Shown: in pieces, positions 12,251 to 26,492 of the stretch
How the letters are laid out: every line of letters begins with the position of its first letter
Numbering within the stretch: the stretch's first letter is position 1
NCBI GenBank assembly: GCA_977016875.1
Contig: CDRNST010000027.1
Span: 1,426,001-1,490,000 of the forward strand
Direction of reading: 5' to 3'
DNA: 64,000 bases
Origin: Pavona decussata
Taxonomy: Eukaryota
Notes under the pieces: generated by a model
Database searches by the model: none
The model's input: only the letters and a program-made list of their open reading frames with translations
What the model was told of the DNA's origin: nothing
Made by a program: the position numbers and the translations under genes

Positions 12251-12584
12251 TATGGAACTCATTGGCTTCTATGAATAACAACAGAGGAGGGTTCATTCCG
12301 TATAATGTGCGTTAAGTTTACAGATTCCGCCCAAACCATCCGGGTGGTGTCGCACTTATATAGGAAAATAACAATAGCTTGATGGCAAACCAATCAGAAC
12401 CCAGTGGCGTCATCACGTATTAACCAACAGGAAAAGAGGCAATAGAATAATTAATGCAAAGAACTTGACACAATTAAACTGGATTAACATAAGTGACTAA
12501 CACAAGGAAAGAGAATGTGAACAGACCAGCACTAACGTCGTAATATTTGCGTTTGGTAAACTCTGTGCTAGAAAAGAATAGCAA

Positions 12585-15150
12585 GAGATTCGCGTAAGAT
12601 ATTTCTGATGTATTGAGCTATTGGAATACAAGTATTCAATCTGCACGGATTCTTCGGAAAATCGACCTGAAACAACCTTTGCTTCAGTCTTCGTAAGCTG
12701 TTTTCTTGACGAATTCGCGGGTTCGCCGGTGTGTTGACGTAATTGCAAATCAGCTGTGTTCGTTTGCTGTAAAGTCATTTTGTTTGGAGTAGACCTCAAC
12801 TACCTTCCAGCTGATCCCTTCAAAAGTACAAAATTTTCCATCCGATTCCCGTGCGAAGCTTTAAAAGTTAAGTTAAATGATAGTTCGCTTGGGCCGATCT
12901 GCAAGAGAAAACAGATTCGAACAATTTCCAATCTCGCACTTGACGATATTGACGATGCTTTCGACTCACGTTATGGATATCTGGGAGCAATTCTGGGGTA
13001 TAGGTTTATTTATGGCAAGGAGGAATATCAACTTGCAATATAATGAAGCCAGCAATCAGCATCGGAAGCTGTAGATATTGTGGTAGAAAACAAAGGGTTT
13101 GCATCTGCTGCTTGCTTAGCTTTTACTCCAGAGCTCGAGGTCAAGCAGAAATAAGAGTCTGCCACGAGAGTTCCTGACTGGGTAGAGCTGTAAGTGAAAG
13201 TTGATACCAAATTACCTGACGAAGGCTGGCAAACAGTTCTGAACTTTAACCTTGGAAAGAGTAGGGTACGCTCTCATTCATGAAGCTTGGATTAATGAAA
13301 TGCATGGTTGAATTCTTGAGTACATTTTTGATTGATGTCCAGGCACACCTAAATTAAAGATCTGGTCAAACGACACATGAAAACCAATGATTAAGTTGAT
13401 GATTGTCAATGATAGTTAAAACTTTCTCGCTCATTTAACTTCCAACAATCATGTGCTAGCATTGACTATCATCAACTATCGTTCACTTTGAACAATTCTT
13501 CATGGTTGACAACGTCCATGATAGTCCATAATAGTTTTTCGGGCTCTTCTCTCCTTTTGGTCCACTCCCTTGTCCTTCCCCTCCTCCACCAGCGCTCTCT
13601 AGATTCTTCTTCCACTAGTTCCTTCAACAACTAAAGGAAAATGAAGCAGGCTCGCCACAAGATTCCACCCATGCAAAGTTAACTTAATGTAGTGCTATGC
13701 CATGTTAAGACTCGACAGATCCCTGACTCAAGAGGCTCGATCACAGTAAACTAGCGTTGGCTATCACGAGTTAATTTGAGCCGTTTGACCACCCACTTGA
13801 TACATGTAGGTGATAATATTATGGTTGAGTATTTTTTTTCTTATTTTGTTTTTCAGTCAAAGAGAAATGGTGAATAAAAGTGTCTTCTAACAAAGAACAT
13901 GGTTAAGGCCGGCAAATCAATGGTGTTTTCCGCGACCCAGCCCCTCATATTGGAGTTGCACCAGTGAATTTTAAGCATTTAATGGCGGAAAGTTGTTGAA
14001 TAGCTCGGTGAATCCTTTAGCAAGTGAAAACTGCAAAAGGACCAGGTAAAACGGATCGAAATACATTCGAAAGACTCGGTCTTAAAATTGGATTTGTTAG
14101 ACACAAATAAAAAATACAACAGGGCGTGAAAGACTCGCACCAAAAAACGAAGGTTTACTAAGTGGTTAAGAAAAGCAAAAAGAACTGGTTGAGCAGATAA
14201 ATCACACGTTATTGCTGTATTTTCAGAGTGCTTGATCCTAGTATCAATCCAAAAGACTTTTTTGAAAGAACCGGATCAAATGATTTCATACATGGAGGAT
14301 AAAGGCTAAATTTTATTGAAAATGTTAATGCTTGACTTGAAAATATGGACATTGGGGGCAGATTTCGTGAGAACTATTACTAGTTAAAAACAAGATACTG
14401 TCTTTGTACAGACATTGATTTCACTTACAATTTAGGTAACAAGTAATAGCGGTGCACACTGATTTGACTGACTGTGATCAGGGTCATGAATGATGGAATG
14501 AAAACCTACTGCAATGCATGATATTTGTGCCTTTATCGTACAACCAGCTCAAAGAAACTTTCACCTTTAAGTGTAGTCTTCCTAGTACCAATTTTAACTC
14601 TAGTAAATTTCAACCAGCGAGTTTATTTAACTTGTTAATGTTTAACGCATGAGGGGTGGTGGACATAGGGCCTTTTTATTGGAAAAAAGTTGATCGAAAT
14701 CCCTTTCCTAGAGCCAAAAATAGACTAATTTATGCCAAATCCACTCACTAGATCTGATCTGAATGAGGTATCCCTTGGTTGTTTTAAAATGGATAAAAAA
14801 GGATTTGAAAAATGCTTCCCTGGCATGAAACCCTTCCGAGGAAGTTTTGCATTGAGAAACATGAAACAGATCGGGCGCCTACTACGATAGCGCGTGTTCC
14901 CGGCTGAAGAACACTGAAACGCTCGATAATATAAGCGCTTTGTGGCCTGAAACAAGCGCACGGTGTGGCCTCCGATAGGAGAATCATTGCTGATGCCATT
15001 GCTGACATTTTACCTCATCATGAACATATATGAAACAACGAGCTACGAAAAAATGGACTAGCCAATGTAAAATAGAAACGATAGCTTTCAAAATGATGTA
15101 TGGCTGGGTGGCAAGAGTTGCATCGAACATCTTGACACTTTTAACGTTCT
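12585..15150 (+). pseudogene. Decayed multi-exon gene, possibly transposase-derived
   Basis: A long frame with sparse stops at 12585-13265 ends ...ATRVPDWVEL*VKVDTKLPDEGWQTVLNF. Candidate downstream exons follow ttttcag acceptors at ~13857 (LLTKNMVKAGKSMVF) and ~14228. Family not securely identified. Confidence 0.3.
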
Positions 15151-15236
15151 CTTCTCAGAAACTATTTAAGATACCGCACTCACATTTTCAAAAAATGATA
15201 CATTTTCCAAGCTAATCAACAATGTTTTAGATAAAC

Positions 15237-15506
15237 ATATACAGGCAAAAACTAACAAAAGAAAAGTTCTACGTCTCAGCGACATCTTGGCGCCATAGTC
15301 AAGGGAAACTAAAATTAAATATGCGATTTCAAGAGTAAAATAGAGTTCAGTTTGCGCTAAGGTCTTTTTCTAACTCATGCAAATTAGTGACCCTGAACTC
15401 TATTTTACTCTTGAAATCGCATATTTAATTTTAGTTTCCGTTGACAATGGTGCCAAGATGTCGCCGAAACGTAGGACTTTTCTTTCGTTAGTTTTTGCAG
15501 GTATAT
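15237..15506. mobile_element. Fold-back PLE 3' tail with variant hammerhead motif
   Basis: Arms of ~114 bp (15237-15350 / 15393-15506). The spacer encodes CAKVFF* (compare IRAKLFV* at the end of the PLE ORF 1582-1860). Motif tcc-g-TTGACAA-t-stem II-GAAAC-GTA-gga at 15437-15476. Confidence 0.7.
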
Positions 15507-16475
15507 ATTTTCCAAGCTCTTCACGGCAATTAATGGAGACCATTTATTCGCAACTTATTCTGTTGTTTTAACTAATGTATGGTAGTAAGGCTAAAAATGT
15601 CATCAATAACCCACCGATATACATTTCGTTTCACTCTTGTCAGATACAAGGTAAATGCAACTGCAAGTAACTTAAAGAATCGTTTATTTCTAGTTTTTTA
15701 TTCTACAAATTACATTTTGTCCTTTGTCTTACTCGAATCAATTGATCGGTTTCTTTTTCTGAAGTCCCTACAACTGCAATTGCATCCCATCCCCCTCTAT
15801 GGAGCCTGGTGGTCCCTTCTCAAAACTCCCCAAAACATTCTGAAAAACTAGTTGGCTTTAACAATGTTGACCAATAGAAATTCGGGTCCATTTTGAAGGC
15901 TAAAGCGTTTGAAACTTTACAAAAGTGAAAAACTCATCGAGCAACTCTGCTCTAAAGACTAGCACAAATTGCAAAAAAGGCTTCTTGGGTCCAATCTTCT
16001 GTGAGAGTTTTTCGTTTTTTCGTGTGGTGTTCTCGCTCTATCATCTCTGAGAGGAAAGATAGACTACTTTTTATTGTTTTATCATTTTTTTTTTTGTTTG
16101 TTTGTTCGTTTGTTTCTTTCTTTCACTGCCAAATTAAAAAAGTTAATCATGTATTACTTCGCACAAATTGTACTTTTAACGTTAATGCTTGTAAGGAACG
16201 AAAATCTTGCTTCACCCTTGGAAATTTTGGCTCTAAACTGGGTGCGAGGCTAAATCAGGCTTGAGTATGAATTTTTGAAGTGATAGACCTGTTACCTTCA
16301 ATGACCATTCCAGTGGCTTCAAGTTACCATCGCACGCATGCGCGATGCTCGTGAAATGAAAGTTGGCTCAATTTTTAACCAAAATTTCCAAAAGATGAAC
16401 ATTTCTGCAGTTAAAGTCACGATTACATCAATAAAACAAAGTCTTCCCTTTGTCTGGTGAGCGAAGGGTGAAGAG

Positions 16476-19400
16476 TTACGGTTCTTCTTCATCGCTTGAA
16501 GCGCCGCTTGCGCCGCTCTCGCTAGTCGCACCTCCATCGGTTTCGTCTCCTAAAATACGCCAAAATAAAACATGAAAAATAGGCATAAGTCACTGTTTGC
16601 AGGAAACGCTTTCTAATGTCACTCCTTTCAAATATACAGATATTCGTATTAAAAAACGTGAGATGAAAAGATACAGCGTACAAACTACAGCTTTCCTTTT
16701 TAAATTTTTTTAAACAGTAAGATAAATAGCTTCGAATTAAAGTTTCTTTAATTCGGATTGCAAAAAAAATATGTATTCATGGTGGTATGCCGATAGCTCC
16801 TCGACAATACTGAATCTAGTTTACAGTAGTGATTTTAATTCCCCGGCCTAGTTTGAAGGAGAGGAGGCAAAAATTGTTTTTGTTTTAAAACATCTTAGAC
16901 ATGTTATGGGAAGGGAAAGGCTTGGATAGGAGAGGCTAACGATTTTTATTGCACACTTTCGTCCTTAAATTGTTTGCTCTCTACAAAATGACAGATAAAA
17001 ATTAATAGAATTTTCACCTTGCTGAGAGACATCTGCAAGAAATCCAGTCGCACTTCCGGCGGCGTTGGTTGTGAAAACAACTCTGACCTGTTGATCGTCC
17101 CCATTGATAGTTACAGTGAACAAGACCATCTGCCTCTTGCGTCGTTGGTGGAAGTAGTGCTCTTTCTTTCGTCTTCCATCATAGTAATAATAATCCTTTT
17201 TGTCACTATCGTCGTAATAATCGCCTGCATCTTCGTCTCTATCTGATGGTTCATCACTAAAAGAGCGTTTACGAGCCGCACCAGCAAAACGTCTGACGCT
17301 CCGCCCTCCGCTGAAAAACTCGAGGACATCCCTGCAAAAACACAAGAATTGAAGAAATAAGGTGAAATCTTAAAAGACAATGAATTGAATTAACATATTG
17401 TGTATGTACTTATCTGACGAAAGCTGTTGGAATCGCCGACTTACCCAGCGTCGGCGAGTGCAAAGCTCCTAAACCCAAATCGTAGGATTGAGTCTTCTGG
17501 AAGATTGGCCAGTGTCCACACACAGCTCAAATTGGCAGGATAGTTACCTGGAAACCCTGGAGACATTATACTTCCAGGAACCATAAGGTTACCACCGCAC
17601 ATTACTGGCAATGAAGAAGAAAACTGTATTAAAACGAGCTTATTAGAACAGCTAACACCTAATACAAAATCTCGCATCAGTTTCGTGGTGTCAAGACCGT
17701 TCCCATTTTTGAGATGAGCGAGATCAGAATTGCCGAATTAAAAAGTTGAGAAATGGCCATTCTTTTTCTTCTTTTCTTCTTTATACCAAAATTTCTCGCA
17801 TTGATGGTAGTTACCAAATTTTCTCACCCATGGAGCTCCGCTATGAAGACGGAAGTATGCTGAGAGATGCTGTCTATTTTTCAGTCTGGCGGCTTAACTA
17901 ATCGATTGAGGGACCGACCATTTTGTTTTTTGAGGAAGGATGAAAAAACCCAAAAAAATTCCGGCGAAGCTATAGTGGAGGAAAGATATAGCAAAGACAA
18001 TTATACGGTAGAGCGTAAAATGGCAAAAGAAAATATCTGGAAATTTGAAAATTAATCAGAGCTTTTAGAACCTGAGGAGTCATCAAGGGAATTCTTGAAG
18101 AATGAATGAGCCATATACATTTTGGAACCTTTTTTTTTTTTTTTTTTTTTTTAATTTCGGCTTTTCAGGAAAATAGACAATCTGTAAACGATCGTCCAAC
18201 TCGGCTTTTGCTTATAATCCTTTTAATCCTCCTCCATTCTCGCCACCCTAATCCCAACAGCTTATTCCTTACAAGTGTTGTAATTATAACCACATACATT
18301 TACATTTTGCCTTTTCAAATTGACACATTAAGAGAGCTGGGTAAAATTCTGTAAAACCAGGTACTTCAAGCCTGTTCTTCAATTACCTAGGATTTGCAAA
18401 GATTAAGTCATGAAGTCTGCAATTGGTGCGCGGAAAATTGTTCACAGCGGGGGCCGACCCGGTTAAATGGTAATCCATCCTTCTCATCCTCTTAATAGCC
18501 CTTAGTGTGCAATCAAATATAACGTCACTCGTTGGAGGCCATTTGGAAGATGCACCCGTGCGTCATCGTGTTCAGCCCCCAAGCCCCCAGACAGAGCTCA
18601 GCTAACTATGTAAGCTCTTTAGGCCTGGGAATGAGGCTGGTGGCAATCAATTTAGAGCTCTCATATGGAAAAAAAAAACTGACTGTTTCTCACTCTGTTC
18701 TTGGTGTACTAAGTAGTCTTTAATTTCGTCGAGCTCCCTCTCCAGTTTAAAAGGATCAAGAGGCGCCGATTCAGCGACCACAATGCACGTCAACACCTGT
18801 CAAAAGGAAGTGTGAAGCTTCAGACGATAGTGGAGAAAAACATAAAGGGACAGCGAATGTTCAAAACATAACTATCTATTGTGAGGCATGAAATCAAGAA
18901 TCCAAAGCAAGTTTTTTATAACGCAGAACATAACCTGATGTTTAGTGACTGCATCATGACTAACGATTATTTTAAGTTAAGTCAAGTCTTTTTTATTTAG
19001 GCCGAGGGTGGCCCTTTCAGCACTAGGATGGTATCAATAGAGGCCTTGCCCAATCTATGACTTCTACAAACCAAAAATCTTAAATATGTTCAATAAAAGT
19101 AAAAACAAAATAGAAATAGTTAAACCTCACACATGATTAAAAACAATCTCGTAATTACTAAAATATTGATTTAAAAACAAGGAAATGAGTGACAATTAAA
19201 ACTAACGAACCTGAATATCTACCGAATGTATTACATCCAAGACCATTGAACTGAATCTTAAATATAGTCCATTCAAAATAATATTGAATCGATATTGGGA
19301 ATACTTTGAGCTTGGCAAAAAATACTATAATACAAATAAACCAACTTAATAAATAAATGATAAAATTCTGTCAACACGAGACTTTATTTGACAATAAAGT

Positions 19401-19817
19401 GATGCAGTTATTGTGTCTTTAACTTAAAGTTAAAGAACTTTGCATTCAATCAGACTAACACCCATCATCGTTTGACTACAAGAGCAAAATGATTCCGTTG
19501 GAAGAATCTGCCTGCCACACCCATCTTTGACTATTAAGGTCACCCGAAACGTCATCCCGCAATTGTTGAAATTTAAGAAACAAAAATGTTAACGGGCTTT
19601 TTATCAAAAAGCAAAGAAATTACATCTAGTCAGTTACGTATTTGTCCAACTTTCCTTAGCGGAAAAGAAAAGGAACAGTTAAAGTTCGCATGAATAGTAA
19701 AGTTGCTCTCAAACGACTTCAGCGTGTTTGGCTATTACGTCAACATTGCATTTGAAGTCAATCTTGAAGGGAAAAAATCTTGAATCTTACCGTCAAAAAA
19801 AGGAGAAATGTCTTCAT
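16476..19817 (-). CDS. Secreted CUB-domain protein (225 aa) with an acidic/Tyr-rich loop flanked by basic clusters and an acidic C-tail; coral skeletal organic matrix CUB-protein-like
   Basis: Exons 19817-19791, 18796-18694, 17604-17445, 17331-17018 and 16549-16476 total 678 nt, all GT-AG, with consistent phases 0,1,2,1. Signal peptide MKTFLLFLTVLTCIVVAESA; CUB CGGNLMVPGSIMSPGFPGNYPANLSCVW...DVLEFF...VRVVFTTNAAGSATGF; tail GDETDGGATSESGASGASSDEEEP*. Confidence 0.85.
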
Positions 19818-22471
19818 CTTCGCTTGGCACGGTTGTAGTTCTGCAGACTTTCTTGTTCCGTCCAACTGGGCCTTCAGTCTTCTAGTGTAATCCGTGTTTT
19901 CATAACCACAATATATATCATTGACTAGCCAATAAAATGCCTTCACAGTCAGATAACTTACTAAGGATGCCACCAGCTCTCCACTTAGACTTATGCTTTT
20001 TCCGCTAATTGATATTAGAAGTCAAAAACAAAGTATCACGTTCAGTTTGTCACGTTGTTATTACAAAACTTTTTTGTTTTTAAATGTTCAGCAGTTTCAG
20101 TACTTTAAGTCGAGAACGTAAACAGATTGGCTTTCAGTGGTTTGGAAAGAAAGAAACAAACACAGGGATGAATCAACAACAACCTTTGCTTAGAGTCAAG
20201 AAATATTTCCCACCGCAATATTGCCCTTTTGAGATCAAGTCTGTAACATTGTTGATATTTCTCACCAGTAGCTATTCAAGACAGATGCCGACACAGCATA
20301 TTACAAACAAGTCTTAATATTAAACGTCAAAAACAAGGCAGCGATCACGATCATTTTGTCTTGAATTTTTTGTGAGTTTCCGTACTTGAGATGATTGCGA
20401 AAACAGGTCGGCTCTGCTTTTTGAAATGAAATAAATCAAGATAAATTAGCTGATAAATCAACAGGAAATTCAATTATATTAGTCTAGAGGAATATTCCAT
20501 ACTACGCCATTGCGCTTAAAATTTTCAGATTGTTGATATAACTAGAAGTGATTTCAGAGTTCTCGAAGTAATTACATATACAAACAGAATATGAAACGTG
20601 GTCCGTTAGAATCTGTTGAACTTCTATATCTGCCCTAATAATAATGTCCGTATATAAGTGACAAAATGTGATTGAATTTACTGCAGACTTCTGTTGTCCA
20701 CCTCTTTATTGGCTAAACTGATGCGAGCAAAAGTTCATGGAAATTTCGCGGGGCAGAAAATAAAACCCAGCATGCACCAAGAGGGAAGAGTGAACTGGTC
20801 GGCGACAAAACAACAGACCGAGATGACTGAAGACGACATATGTTGTGTAGTCATACGGCAGCAAAGTGACTCGTGTCATTGCTTCTAGTCAATTCGTTCT
20901 TTATTTCGCAATCAACAAAGTATATTAAGAGTACAGTGCTTGTTATCAGTAACACTACTTTGTACTTGGAACAGCATAATTATTGTGTAACAGGAAAAGT
21001 TCATTCATGATGAGAATATTACGCAATACAGTACAACATACAAGCGAATTATATGGAATCATAGGGTAGGAGTTAAATATGGGCGCAAAGGCTTGTTCTT
21101 GGAGTCCTTAAGCTCCGCCCTAAGGAAGCATGCAGTGAATGAACGCTAGCCGTTCCCTAGGCCAAACTTGCCTTTTGTCGCATCCCCAAATTACAATGAG
21201 AGTTCTTATCATATATGTTAACGAACAGTCCAACTTTTTCTTCTGAAGGCAGCAGGAGGTTGCCGAGAATTCAGTCGAGTATTGGGCGTTTTCAAAATAA
21301 AAAAGTTTTATTACATCAGATTTTAAAGTGTTCTGCACAAATTTTATCATGAACTGTGATCGCCGAAACAGTAACTACCTGTAAAATATTATTGAGTAAT
21401 TGGAGTTTTACTTGAGCTGAGCACTTTCGGTAAATTTATTGTGCTGTTAATTTAATTAATATAAAATGTTTTCTCTTGTCTTTTTGTATAAACCCAATCA
21501 TAAAGTATCCAATAATTAAATTAATGTCGTGTCAATAAATATACTGGACGCCGGTTATGATAGAATTATAATCGAATTATAACTCGAGACCGTTCGCACG
21601 AGAGTCCTAATTAAGTAATTAAGGGTTAATAAAAGACGGATTATTTTGGCAAAACTCTAGGGGATATTCAAGGGTATTATTCCAGGGATACGGGATTGGA
21701 GATTAAAGAGAATCCCTGGGATATCGAGCATCAGATTTGGAGTACAAAAGATCTAAAATTGAAGGAATACGAGGCATAGTTAATGGAATACGATTGGCAA
21801 AATACCTCTGCCCCTTCCCTCCCCCCCCCCCCCCCCCTCCGCTTTATGACGCCTCACACCGGCCGATTTAGATTTAATCCTCCATCCTGATCTGATCATA
21901 TAATTACTTCAAACAACCTTTCTATTTGAGTTAGGTTGATTGATGTGATTTATACATTGTATAATTCAAACAAATAACGGCAATTGTAATTAACACAACC
22001 GTACTTGAGGCCGCGATATCGGGATCTGGCATGTGAACGAGGATTACGGGATTTGTTCCTTAATGGCCCCTGGGAATGAGGTTGGTTATCCGCAATAGTG
22101 GTCATGAAGGAATTCAATTGATCTTGAAGACAAGAATCGATTTCTAAGAAGTACATCAGGAAAACAACTCTGAAAAACATCTTGGAGTTGTTTTCTTGTT
22201 CTCTACTTCTTGCATTTGTCGGCGGGAAAAGGTTTATTGATTTCTAATGCAGACAATTTCCGTTCCGTGCTTGTTTCAAGTTTTAATTCAATATTTTTGA
22301 TTCAATAAAACTAGACATGCATTTACACGACGACTGAATTTTGTAATACACCAGTTCTTCTTTGCCAATATCAATGTAGGTAAAAAACCACACACTTCAA
22401 CGGAAGTGGTAAAATATATTTGGCATGTCATATCGAATAACAACCACGAGAAAAACAAGTTAAAATAACCT

Positions 22472-22620
22472 TATTTAATGATCTTGGCTCTCACGAGTAT
22501 CCTATAGCTAGCTCAGTGGTAGAGCGAATTAGTGATCGGAAGGTCTTAGGTTCGACGCCTGATAGGAGCACTTAATTTTTTTTTTTTTTTTTTTTTTTGA
22601 GTTCCGAATTTGCCTGTCTC
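22472..22620 (+). mobile_element. tRNA-derived repeat fragment (same family as 27185-27658)
   Basis: tagctcagtggtagagc...tcggaaggtcttaggttcgacgcctgataggagcac followed by an expanded T-run. Confidence 0.75.
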
Positions 22621-24177
22621 ACGGCATTGTCATTCTCAAGTTAAAATAAGTTACAAAAATGCTTGTTAATTTTTATATCTCTTGTTGGGTCATTTTTCGG
22701 TCCACCATAGGTAAACGCAATGTTAGTATTTGTCACAAATAGCATAGATGAGACTAATATAACTAGTAGGACAAATAGAAGTTGTTTTTAATAAGAAATG
22801 TTTTTGTGGTATTTAAAAAATAATCTGAATTAGCTGAATAACGCTGCACTGCTTTACAGTCACGCCACTTGATTCTTCAATTCTTTTGCACAGTTAAAAT
22901 GCATCTTCCATGCTAACTTTGTTTTCATAAGCGCAATATTGTACAGCTTAGTGAAGGTACCAATATTGACTTCCGGCCCTTTAATTAATAGTAACTGAGT
23001 TATACGTATCCTCTGCCTTGAACCTCTAATTAATCAAAAACGTGTTTAGCCTTTTTCGTATGCTCAATGAAATGCACCTATCGCCATTCGAGATCTTTGG
23101 TTAGGGTGGGGATCGGGGCTTGAAATGTGAACGAGACACATAGGTAAAAAATGTGGACAATCTTAGAAATTTGATCATAGTGACCTGCTGTAATATCTTT
23201 ACTGCTCAGATTTCTTTATTGTGTTCAGTTAAGTTAAGTAGTGCACTTAAAGTTGAAGTTCCCGCTATGCACTTGCACAAACCAATTTTCAAGCTCATTG
23301 TATCTGGAGTGGCCGATACGAGATAATGTATTTCCGTTATCTTATTTCTCCAGTCGACGGTAGCTGAATTCAGAGGCCTGACAAACGTGAATGTTCAAAA
23401 TACACATTATATTGAAACGTTTAGCAATCAGTTCAAAAACATTTTAGTTAAGTACTTCATTTGCTGAAATTAAACGGAAAGCAAATTACATACCCACTAT
23501 GTCGAAAAGAAAAGTAATTTTGTGCTGGAACTTTATTGTACAAACATCGAAACCTTTTGCATACCTTGAATGTGATTTGACAATCAGTTCGATTTCATTA
23601 AAAGTAAAGCATTATTTCCTCCAATATGAACTTTATCTCTGCTTAATCTTTTACTCAGACGCTCTATACACAAATGGAATGTCTGCCCAGGAAAGCGCCT
23701 TTAATCAATTCTGTCCATCGACAGGCGAGTACAAGATTGGATGGTTTGCCTCCGTTTACTCAAGCAGCAAGATTGTAACGTCGTTTTCTAAGTCATTTAA
23801 AGGTAACTGATATCTTTGATAAACCAAAAGAGACAAAACTCTGAAATTTTGAACGCTAATCATAAGAGCTTAGCAATGCTTTTTTGTTACATAACCTTAT
23901 TTATTCGTTAGATTCTGTCATTTCTTTCCAAAGTGCTTTGTCTAACTCTATGAGCCAGTGAGGCAATCAATATGGCCACGTCTACAAATAGCATGTGAAA
24001 TTCTGAAGTCGCGTGTGTTTAATGCTATTCATTCTGGCAAAATAAACGAGAGAAAGCGAGGACAAAAGGACTGACCCCTGTTAATATTATAACAAAGATT
24101 CTTAACTGAGCAATTCTACCAGATAACGAAATATTTAGAATCAAGGCCAGAAGGTCATAGCTTTTTTACCAAAAATA

Positions 24178-24351
24178 CAGTCGACTCCCGATAACTCGAA
24201 CCTTCAAGGGAAATTGAAAAGGTTCGAGTTATCGAGGTTCGAGTTATCGAGGGTAAAATTATATAGAAAATGACCTGAAAGGAAAGCAAAATTGGTTCGA
24301 GTTAGCGCAAGGTTCGTGTTAGCGAGGGTTCGAGTTATCGGGAGTCGACTG
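24178..24351. mobile_element. Tc1/pogo(Tigger)-type MITE
   Basis: Perfect 25-bp TIR cagtcgactcccgataactcgaacc; TA on both sides; internal ggttcgagttatcgag subrepeats. Confidence 0.9.
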
Positions 24352-24759
24352 TATTACAAAGTAGCAAAAAAAAAAAAAAAAAACAAACAAACTGATAATA
24401 ATTTATTAACCAGGAATTTATTAGGTATGTACGTTCATGAAATTAAATAAGAGCAGAGTGAAACACACGTAAAAGTAAGTAAAATAATTGTTATTGCAAG
24501 TTTAATTTCAGTTGTCTTGATCTATTGAATCTCCGGCCATCCAAGGTAAACTCAAAAAAAGGTAAGCTAAAAGTCTTACTACTCTACAGTCACGCCAGTT
24601 GCATTTGTTGTCTTACTGGCCGACTTTCCATCTTCTATCTTAACCTTGGATTCATGACTAAAATATTGCTAAATTGTTTGGTGACAGCACAAACGTCGTT
24701 GAATTCCCGCGGCCCTGAAAGGAAGCTGGATAGCTAAATTAACTAAATTGAGTGAGGAG

Positions 24760-25000
24760 TAAATGAATAAATGAACATTTCACAGTATAATACTGTGTAA
24801 TATGACTGTCGACACACACCTCACATAATAACAAAAACATCTTGTTCCGAGCAGGAATCGAACCTTCGTCTTCCCGGATGCTGGTCGGGCGTGATGACCG
24901 CTAGACCCTCGAGGCAACAATGCTGAACGTGGCAACTAATCGAAGTAAACACTGAGAATCGTCCATAGACCATTCCACAGGACGTTTTGTTTTCGAGGTA
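24760..25000 (-). mobile_element. Diverged tRNA-derived repeat
   Basis: Reverse strand has ggtctagcggtcatcacgcccgaccagcatccgggaagacgaaggttcgattcctgctcgg (A-box-like and B-box GGTTCGATTCC). Confidence 0.55.
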
Positions 25001-26492
25001 TACATTCGTTTCATGAAATGTTCGTTTATTCACCATTGTAATGAGGCTCTCCTGGCTTCGATATATACCTCTGTTACTGATGAGTGACAATTATTCCCTG
25101 CCCTGAGCCTCCCATTCACCCAAAACTTGCGGACCGTTTTTCGAATGCTAAAACGGCCATACACCCTTTCAGATCAGGGTAAGTTATCCGGTTTCAGAAT
25201 CTTAAAACATTTTCCCCTGGCGAGCTACTCAGGTAATATTGTGACTGCTGGATTCCATATTGTATTTTGAGTTTTAGTGTCGGTACCGTGATAATGTGCA
25301 TCTGTCATCACAGTTTTCCAGTCAACGCTGGCCAACTATATTTTGAGTTAAACGTTAATGTGCAGAATTATTTCGAGAAAATAACCGTAACTTGTTCACT
25401 AATGATTAGGAATTTGTTTGATACCACTATTATTTTAACAACTGAAAAGGGGTAGTAGTATTGATCAGTAAGCTTATAAGTGCTGGAAATCGGTGGCAGC
25501 CACCTTAAAGGCAACTAATCTTTTAAATCAGGCGAATATTAGACAATTTTGAAAAAGATCCGAGTCATTTTTCAACACCGTTTTAAAGGCCGTTTTATAA
25601 ACGATCACACAGCAAATATTTTGATCGATATAGCCCGCATACCAACAACGTATGAATCTTTTTTTTCGGTAAAGTATTCATTGTAGTAAACTACCTGCTG
25701 TAATTTTGAGGCTGGTTTCCACACTGTGTTCTGGTTTTAATGTGTCATAAGTGAGGGACTCATATAGCTGAAGTGCGGTAATGTGCTAGGGCAGGCAAAA
25801 GTCTTCTTTCGCCGTCACTGTATCTGGAGTAGTCGATATGTAACAATAAGTTTCCGTTATCATGTTTTGTCAATCGCTGCCCTTCTATCTCGTGCCACAG
25901 TTTATAGACTGAATTGAAAGACCTATAACAGAATTACTACTGATTGAATTGAAAGTCAAGACCTATAACAGAATGACTACTGACAGGATTTACTCTCAGC
26001 ATTCAGCATCAAAATGACTTCAATAAAATCAGAAGAAAAAGTAGCCAAGATCAGCTATCTCGAACAAAAACTTGACCCGCGGCTTGGATATTATTGTACA
26101 ATGATCTAATTAGCTTTACTCTGCAAACAACTGGTATGTTAAGTTTCCTTCAGATACTTTAGTTTACTCATATCATCCGTTTGCGGTATTCGGTTTGCTG
26201 TATTGTATTGTTTGTTATTTTAGCTGATTTTCGTATCCTAGATATGATCTAACAATCAGTTCGATATAAAAAGTAACGGAAAATAGACAAGCCTGAACGC
26301 TGAAGGGTTTCGGCAACAATGTTTGAAAGGCCGTTTTATAAACAACCACATTTGTTCGTTGTTTTCTTTAAATATGTTTCTATCAAACTAAATAGCCAAT
26401 ATTTCAATAAGTAGAGCCCACATGTCCGAGCCAAATCAACAAGAGAAAGCGTGAGCAAAGCGATTTGGCACGAGCTCTGGGTTAATATAATA

